Shown: piece after piece, positions 57,875 through 64,000 of the stretch
How the letters are laid out: each line of letters starts with the position of its first letter
How positions within the stretch are numbered: the stretch's first letter is position 1
Origin: Escherichia coli
GTDB lineage: Bacteria > Pseudomonadota > Gammaproteobacteria > Enterobacterales > Enterobacteriaceae
Strand: one strand, 5' to 3'
DNA: 64,000 nucleotides
NCBI RefSeq assembly: GCF_017348835.2
Contig: NZ_CP071375.1
Position numbers and translations under genes: made by a program
The notes under the pieces: generated by a model
Told to the model about the DNA's origin: nothing
What the model saw: only the letters and a program-made list of their open reading frames with translations
The model's database searches: none

Positions 57875-58207
57875 ATGTCTGTCACAATTCAGGGAAATAC
57901 CTCAACCGTTATTTCAAACAACTCCGCCCCGGAAGGAACATCAGAAATAGCCAAAATCACAAGACAAATTCAGGTGCTGACTGAAAAGCTTGGGAAAATC
58001 TCATCGGAAGAGGGGATGACGACACAGCAGAAAAAAGAAATGGCTGCATTGGTACAGAAGCAAATTGAAAGCCTCAGGGCTCAACTGGAGCAGTTGTTAA
58101 GGCAGCAGGCAGAGAAAAAGAATGAAGACGCGACAGTTCAGCCTGATAAAAAAGAAGAGAAAAAAGACGATACAAATACCGCTGGCACCATTGATATTTA
58201 CGTCTAA
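57875..58207 (+). CDS. flxA: Prophage protein FlxA
   Basis: 110-aa ORF MSVTIQGNTSTVISNNSAPEGTSEIAKITRQIQVLTEKLG... with ribosome-binding site. Confidence 0.7.
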   Translation: MSVTIQGNTSTVISNNSAPEGTSEIAKITRQIQVLTEKLGKISSEEGMTTQQKKEMAALVQKQIESLRAQLEQLLRQQAEKKNEDATVQPDKKEEKKDDTNTAGTIDIYV

Positions 58208-58221
58208 GTGACAGCCGTATT

Positions 58222-58245
58222 GTGGCCCTCATCGGGCCACTTTTC
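58222..58245 (+). terminator. Intrinsic terminator after flxA
   Basis: GTGGCCC-tcatc-GGGCCAC-ttttc. Confidence 0.75.
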
Positions 58246-58643
58246 GCCATCAGCCTTTTCTTTAAAGACATATTATCTTTGTATCATTTCTGATAGTTAA
58301 CATTACAAGATATAAGTAATGGACGCACTCCCAATTAGTCTATTTAAATCGCCACGAGTTTAACTGACAACCCATGATCAATTATGAATTGCAACTATTT
58401 CTGTAGTCACTTTTGTGGGGACAGTCCACAAAACTGCCAACTTCCGCTTCTTGCTCTTAGCGGACATTAGCATAGGCTATTTACCATAACGCCTCATTAC
58501 GCGCACCGCCCAGACTGACTCAGCGCGTTTCTGGCATATCCCCGGTAAAACAAGTAACAAACCACCCGAAAATGAACACCAGAAACGCGACTTAAGAATC
58601 TACCCTATGAATGGATATGCACTCAACCGAATCGATCTTGGTT

Positions 58644-59985
58644 TCAATCTTTTTTATCGGGATCAGGCTTCTTTTTAGGTAACTTCGGGGGCTTAACTTG
58701 CTGATGACTTTGCGTTCGGCGCGTAAGCCAGGGATGGTCAGCTTTAGGTTTAACATAGTATTTTGAGCGTAAATCAATACGGGCATTATCCACTCGTTCA
58801 TGGACACTCTTTTCATCATCCAGTGGTATAGGCTCCGGGCCATCAACATACTTTTCCCAGCCCAGCGCTTTCCCGTCATACAGAACGTTAATTTCACCGT
58901 CAAAGTTCTCGCATACAGTAACAACCGAATGCCTAAGTCGATATCCCCGGCCCTCACTGCGTACCTGAAACGCACTGCTTTTGTACTGGAAAGTGAGATT
59001 TTTAGACAGAACGCGCTTCGCCTGTAGGCTGAAGATATAACCCAGTTCCTCTTCAGAATGGTGCACATCAAGATGAGCATTATCAGTAGTACGAGGCGAC
59101 GTAGCGAACCGGTTGTTATAGGCTTCAATAAAGGTCGGCAACCATGCATTTGCTGTTTCAATATCACTGATATTCTGAAGCCGCATTTCTTTGACCAGCC
59201 TGTCCTGTAGTGTCTGATTGGCGCGCTCTACCCGCCCTTTTGCCTGCGGGCTGTTGGCATGGATTGGCTCGATGCCCAGTGTCTTTATCGCACGAGTGAA
59301 CTGGGTCAGCTCACCTTCCCGCTCTGGGTTATTTACCCTGAATATACTGTGTCTATCAGAGTAGAGAGCGAGCGGTACGCCATGATCATTAAGGTAACCC
59401 CGGAGGGTTTCCATGTAAGCCCGGGTTGTTTCAGCAGGCACAAAACGCAACGCCATCAACGCACTGGTGGCATCATCAATGAAAACGATCAGTGTACATC
59501 TGGGGCCTCGATTTTCAAACCAGTCATGAGGTGAGCCATCAATCTGGATCAGTTCACCGTAAGATGGTCGTCGCATGCGGCGTTGATATATACGGGCAAT
59601 TTTACGACGGCGTTCACGCCATACCCCCCTCTTCTATCATCCACTTTCTGAGAGTTTCAACGGATAAAGATAAACCGTGTATCTCGCGCAATTTTTCGCA
59701 CGCAAACGTAGGTCCAAAATCAGCGTAACGGCCTTTGAGGAGTGAAATTACTGTTGCTCTGAATTCAGTAGAAAAGGAATTATTAGGACGCTTTCCACGT
59801 CGGTGGGAAACCAGACCAGAAGGCCCTTCATTTCTATACCGTTGCACCAGACGTTTAACCTGCCGAATAGAAATGCCAATGCGTGCCGCAGCTTGTTCCT
59901 GAGTAATATGTCGATTAATTGACTCCTGAATAATCTGAAGTCGGTGGAGTTCCTTATGACTCATCGTAACAGTTTCTTTGGTCAT
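58644..59985 (-). pseudogene. HTH + DDE (integrase-core) transposase split into two frames (IS481/ISNCY-like)
   Basis: N-terminal HTH ORF 59614..59985 and DDE ORF 58644..59576 are in different frames; a C7 run sits at the junction (59625-59631). Confidence 0.6.
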
Positions 59986-60319
59986 GAAAAATCCCCCAGA
60001 GAATTGTCTGGGGACATTTTAGAATGGTTCAAAGGGGACATTACAGCTTGGTGTTAACAATAGCCTGCTTCTCCTTGCCTTTCGGCACGTAAGAGGCTAA
60101 CCTACATGTGTCTGGCATGAAATTGGCCTCAGATTAATGTTAAGCGTCTTGCAGGACGCGTAATGTTAACTGGGGCTTTTCTCTACCTGCCGTTGGTGTT
60201 CGTGCCCGAGGCAGATAGCCTCAAGCACCCGCAGTCATTCTACTTAACTAAGATTTCCCCGCAAACCGTTTTTGTCCAGCACAGTAAATATCCAACTAAA
60301 CCAATGGAGTTCGCTGTAT

Positions 60320-60499
60320 TTACCGCCAGTATTCAATGCACATGACCGCCATGAACACCCCTAAAAAAAGGGCATTTATATATCCAAATATTAATATCAA
60401 AACATCAACTTTTTCCATATACCTTGCTGTGAAGATGATGGGCATACATGATGCGAACAACCAGAACGCAACAAACAAAAACTGCAATGCGTTTTTCAT
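60320..60499 (-). CDS. Hypothetical small membrane protein (59 aa, two predicted TM helices)
   Basis: ATG at 60499 four nt after a perfect AGGAGG; MKNALQFLFVAFWLFASCMPIIFTARYMEKVDVLILIFGYINALFLGVFMAVMCIEYWR. Confidence 0.5.
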   Translation of the reverse strand: MKNALQFLFVAFWLFASCMPIIFTARYMEKVDVLILIFGYINALFLGVFMAVMCIEYWR

Positions 60500-61651
60500 T
60501 ATTCCTCCTACAATCAATGTGCAATTACATTTAAACACACCTCAATTTGGCCGGACATATAAATATCTAAACCAGAAAAAATCACTTACATAGCGTTACA
60601 AACTCTTTAGTCTAAAGGTTCATCGTAAAACATTCCCCATACTTATCAGTCCGTTCCGCGCCAGGTAGCTCATTGCCTTATCTGGCAACCTGTAATCAGG
60701 TTTCCGCTTTTTCAGTTGGCTGGTCGTTTAACCGACATAGTTAACCCATTAATCTAGTTGCCGGATGTTGGTGGATTTTCGCGTTTTAGTTGTTCATAAA
60801 AGTGCACAGCTTTAACCAATTCTTCTGATGTAACCGGGACTGGTGAGGCAGTGAATAAGGCCTGAATTTGATAGTTCGGCCTGTCGTTACAATCCTCTTT
60901 TTTCGGTACATATTTCCAGTCACCAGACCACTACTTCCCCTGAAAGTCCGTAACGCCTTTTTTCACGTAGCGATATCGCCATGTCACTGGTTTTGCTTGC
61001 CCCGCCGTTTCATGCCCTTCCTGATAATTAATCTCGCTCATTCATCGCCCCACTCATCACAATATGCTTCGACCGGAGTTTTTCCCGCTTCATAGTCATC
61101 ACGCTAGGATTCGACATCAGCAGCACTTCCACCGCGTAACTCACCATAGTCCATTAATAGTTCATCCCGCTCTTCAAAACTGATGTTATATTTAGCTGAA
61201 CAAAAATCAGCCACTTTGTTCTTCCTCATCGTCTTTTATTTCGTGGTATGAGTAATTGCAGTAGTTAAAGAAAATTTCTTATGCTCCGTCATGAATTTCA
61301 TCAGGTGTTGCGTCATCGTCCACTTCGAATACATCCTCAAAATCTCCACCAGCTATTCCCGTTTCAATAATAATTTTGAACTTTCGCATTTCACTACCGC
61401 CCTTTCGGGCGGCCTCCTGATGTTCTGAGGGTGCAGAAATCCATCCGGTTAAGGATTAAGTTTTATTTACAGAACTGAATTTAATTATTCAGATATACGT
61501 ATCTGTAACCTTACGAATCTACTCACTGGATGCCTCTTTCATAAAAATAATCCAGTGGGTTTTATCGTTTTTTCCCTGTTCGTTGACAGATAACAGGCTT
61601 TCTATCTGTCAGTGCCAGAATCTGGCTTACCGGTATTTGCGTTTCATTCCA

Positions 61652-62008
61652 TTAAAAAATCAGAACGCCGTGCGGCCTCAACACCCGAAAAGCTTCTTTA
61701 AATCTCTGTCGCAAATCATCACGCCAGGCATCTTTATTCAGCCGTCCATATTTCTTTCCCATCCAGGCGTTATCACCAACACGCTCAAGATGCGGAGGGT
61801 CTAATACAACCATCGAAAAAGATGCGTCTGCAAATGATAATGCACGAAAATCTGCGATAATGTCAGGGCTGATAATCAAGCGTCTCCCATTGCGTAATGT
61901 GTATCCTTCTTTTCTGATATCGCTAAATATCGCCCGTTCGTCAGACTTATCGAACCAGAACATGCGGCTGCCACAGCACATATCAAGAATGGTTGCCGGT
62001 GCACTCAC
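61652..62008 (-). pseudogene. DNA methyltransferase fragment (motif I, DPPH motif IV; C-terminus missing)
   Basis: 118-aa ORF from GTG: DMCCGSRMF, VVLDPPHL, RVLRPHGVLIF, then stops abruptly. Confidence 0.5.
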
Positions 62009-62535
62009 TGCGCCACGTCCTGAAAATTACCCTGATAGAAAGCCAGTATGCGCTGCATAACTTCGCTCTTCCGGCACTCGCGACAGATTATGTTTAGGCG
62101 ACTGTCGTAGCGACGTATTTCTCCGTCAGGTGATGACCAGATAAGGTCCGGATCAACCACAGCAGGTTTCTTCACCTTTGCCCTCGAGAGTTTTTTGCGG
62201 GCGTTTTGCCAGTCCTTACGCGCCTGTTCAGAGGGGAATAACCCGTATCTGATATCCCAAAAAATGAAACCGCACCGGAAGCTGAACCATCTGTAGAGCG
62301 TGAGGGGCCGTTCTATTTCCTCTTCGCAGATAAGGACGGAGAAAAATACGGTCGCGCAAACAAACTTTCTGGTCTGGATAAGGCACTGGCTGCTGGCGCC
62401 ACTGAAATCACAAAAGAAGAATATTTTGCCCGAAAAAATGGCACATACACGGGCTTACCGCAAAATGTAGATACCGCTGAAGATTCAGAACAACCAGAGC
62501 CGATAAAAGTTACCGCTGACGAAGTAAACAAAATT

Positions 62536-63615
62536 ATGCAGGCAGCCAATATCAGCCAGCCTGACGCCGATAAGTTGCTTGCTGCATCACGTGGTGAATT
62601 TGTTGAAGGGATTAGTGACCCGAATGATCCGAAATGGGTTAAGGGGATCCAGACCCGCGATTCTGTGAACCAGAACCAGCATGAATCGGAACGGAACTAC
62701 CAAAAAGCGGAACAAAACAGCCCAAATGCGTTACAAAACGAGCCAGAAACGAAACAGCCTGAATCAGTGGCGCAACAGGAAGTGGAAAAAGTCTGCACCG
62801 CCTGCGGTCAGACCGGCGGCGGCAACTGCCCTGATTGTGGCGCGGTGATGGGCGACGCAACATACCAAGAAACATTCGATGAAGAGTATCAGGTTGAAGT
62901 TCAGGAAGATGATCCGGAGGAAATGGAAGGCGCTGAACATCCACACAAGGAGAACGCTGGCGGCAATCAGCATCACGATAGCGATAATGAAACTGGCGAG
63001 ACGGCAGATCACTCAATTAAGGTGAACGGTCATCACGAAATCACATCCACCAGCAGGACGTGTGACCATCTAATGATCGACCTTGAAACCATGGGAAAAA
63101 ATCCTGATGCCCCGATCATCTCAATAGGTGCAATATTTTTCGATCCGCAAACCGGAGATATGGGACCGGAATTTAGTAAGACTATCGATCTGGAAACTGC
63201 TGGCGGAGTCATTGATCGGGACACCATTAAATGGTGGCTTAAGCAATCACGCGAAGCGCAATCGGCCATTATGACCGATGAAATCCCGTTAGATGATGCA
63301 CTGTTACAATTGCGGGAATTTATCGACGAAAACTCCGGTGAATTTTTTGTTCAGGTTTGGGGAAATGGAGCCAACTTCGACAACACGATTTTGCGCCGTT
63401 CATACGAACGGCAGGGGATCCCCTGCCCGTGGCGTTACTACAACGATCGCGATGTACGCACAATCGTTGAGCTGGGGAAAGCCATAGACTTCGATGCCAG
63501 AACGGCTATTCCATTCGAAGGTGAGCGCCATAATGCACTTGATGACGCCCGTTACCAGGCAAAATACGTTTCAGTTATCTGGCAAAAACTGATCCCGAGT
63601 CAGGCTGATTCTTAA
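62536..63615 (+). CDS. Prophage protein with zinc ribbon and C-terminal DEDD (DnaQ-like) 3'-5' exonuclease domain
   Basis: 359-aa [19 protein letters not shown] zinc ribbon; exonuclease motifs [25 protein letters not shown]. The frame is open upstream to 62242 without a start codon. Confidence 0.7.
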   Translation: MQAANISQPDADKLLAASRGEFVEGISDPNDPKWVKGIQTRDSVNQNQHESERNYQKAEQNSPNALQNEPETKQPESVAQQEVEKVCTACGQTGGGNCPDCGAVMGDATYQETFDEEYQVEVQEDDPEEMEGAEHPHKENAGGNQHHDSDNETGETADHSIKVNGHHEITSTSRTCDHLMIDLETMGKNPDAPIISIGAIFFDPQTGDMGPEFSKTIDLETAGGVIDRDTIKWWLKQSREAQSAIMTDEIPLDDALLQLREFIDENSGEFFVQVWGNGANFDNTILRRSYERQGIPCPWRYYNDRDVRTIVELGKAIDFDARTAIPFEGERHNALDDARYQAKYVSVIWQKLIPSQADS

Positions 63616-63687
63616 TGTTCAACTGTCGCCGGTTGTGACTGGTATTCTGCAACCGGCGCTCGTCTGATGTAAGAGATAAAGAAATCG

Positions 63688-63939
63688 ATGAGCGAAGTAA
63701 TCATGATTGTCTCTCCCGGCAAATGGGTATCCGAAGAGCAGTTAATTGCGCTGAAAGGAATAAAAAAAGGTACGTTAAAAAAGGCCCGGGAAAAATCGTT
63801 TATGGAAGGAAGGGAATATAAGCATGTCGCTCATGACGGTATGCCATGGGATAACAGTCCATGCTTTTACAACCTGGAAGAAATTGATCGCTGGATTGAG
63901 CGCCAGGCATCAGCAAGACCAAGACGTCATCTTACTTGA
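63688..63939 (+). CDS. Excisionase-like small DNA-binding protein
   Basis: 83-aa basic ORF immediately upstream of the integrase start. Confidence 0.5.
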   Translation: MSEVIMIVSPGKWVSEEQLIALKGIKKGTLKKAREKSFMEGREYKHVAHDGMPWDNSPCFYNLEEIDRWIERQASARPRRHLT

Positions 63940-63974
63940 CTAAAAGCCACACTAACTAATGAGAGAAGTTGAAA

Positions 63975-64000
63975 TGAAATATCCGACAGGCGTGGAAAAC
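63975..64000 (+). CDS. Start of a tyrosine integrase gene (IntR-like N-terminus MKYPTGVEN...), truncated by window end
   Basis: ATG at 63975 followed by MKYPTGVEN, resembling the N-terminus of Rac-type integrases; only 9 codons are in the window. Confidence 0.4.

Noticed and set aside
58409-60046. Boundaries of the second transposase element
   Set aside because: The GGGGACA-containing motifs are direct rather than inverted, and no TG...CA-type ends could be paired, so the transposase ORFs are reported without calling an IS span.
60336-60593. 85-aa plus-strand ORF overlapping the small membrane protein gene
   Set aside because: Opposite-strand overlap with an ORF that has a perfect ribosome-binding site; no start context of its own.

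Overview
This window reads as Escherichia coli chromosome (not K-12 MG1655, judged from recalled K-12 protein sequences; no database search was possible). Core backbone, left to right: a chaperone-usher fimbrial operon (usher runs off the window start), hipBA with hipA destroyed by a truncated IS629-like element, the yneO autotransporter pseudogene, the complete lsr autoinducer-2 locus (lsrK, lsrR, lsrACDBFG), tam, yneE, uxaB, dgcF (in-frame stop), yneG, glsB, sad, yneJ, yneK (frameshifted), ydeA, marC, marRAB, eamA, ydeE, a rhodanese / GlxA-like regulator pair, mgtS, mgrR, dgcZ, ydeI, ydeJ, dcp, ydfG, ydfH, ydfZ, ydfI and ydfJ. From about 44.6 kb to the window end lies a defective Qin-like lambdoid prophage: ydfK, pinQ, tfaQ, a terminase-A::tail-fibre fusion, nohA (Nu1) with an intact lambda-type cos site, cold-shock morons (cspI, cspB, cspF-like, gnsB), a lysis cassette with a frameshifted endolysin, a 5'-truncated Q gene abutting a complete 1310-bp IS629-like element, flxA, a second frameshifted transposase, a methyltransferase fragment, an exonuclease, an excisionase-like gene and the start of an integrase. 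I found no CRISPR array, tRNA or rRNA, and no convincing novel multi-gene defence system. The notable signals are IS-associated loss of toxin loci (hipA here; the K-12 relBE/hokD region absent), a G10 tract in the autotransporter pseudogene, a textbook PhoP box beside mgrR, and several unassigned small ORFs in the prophage.
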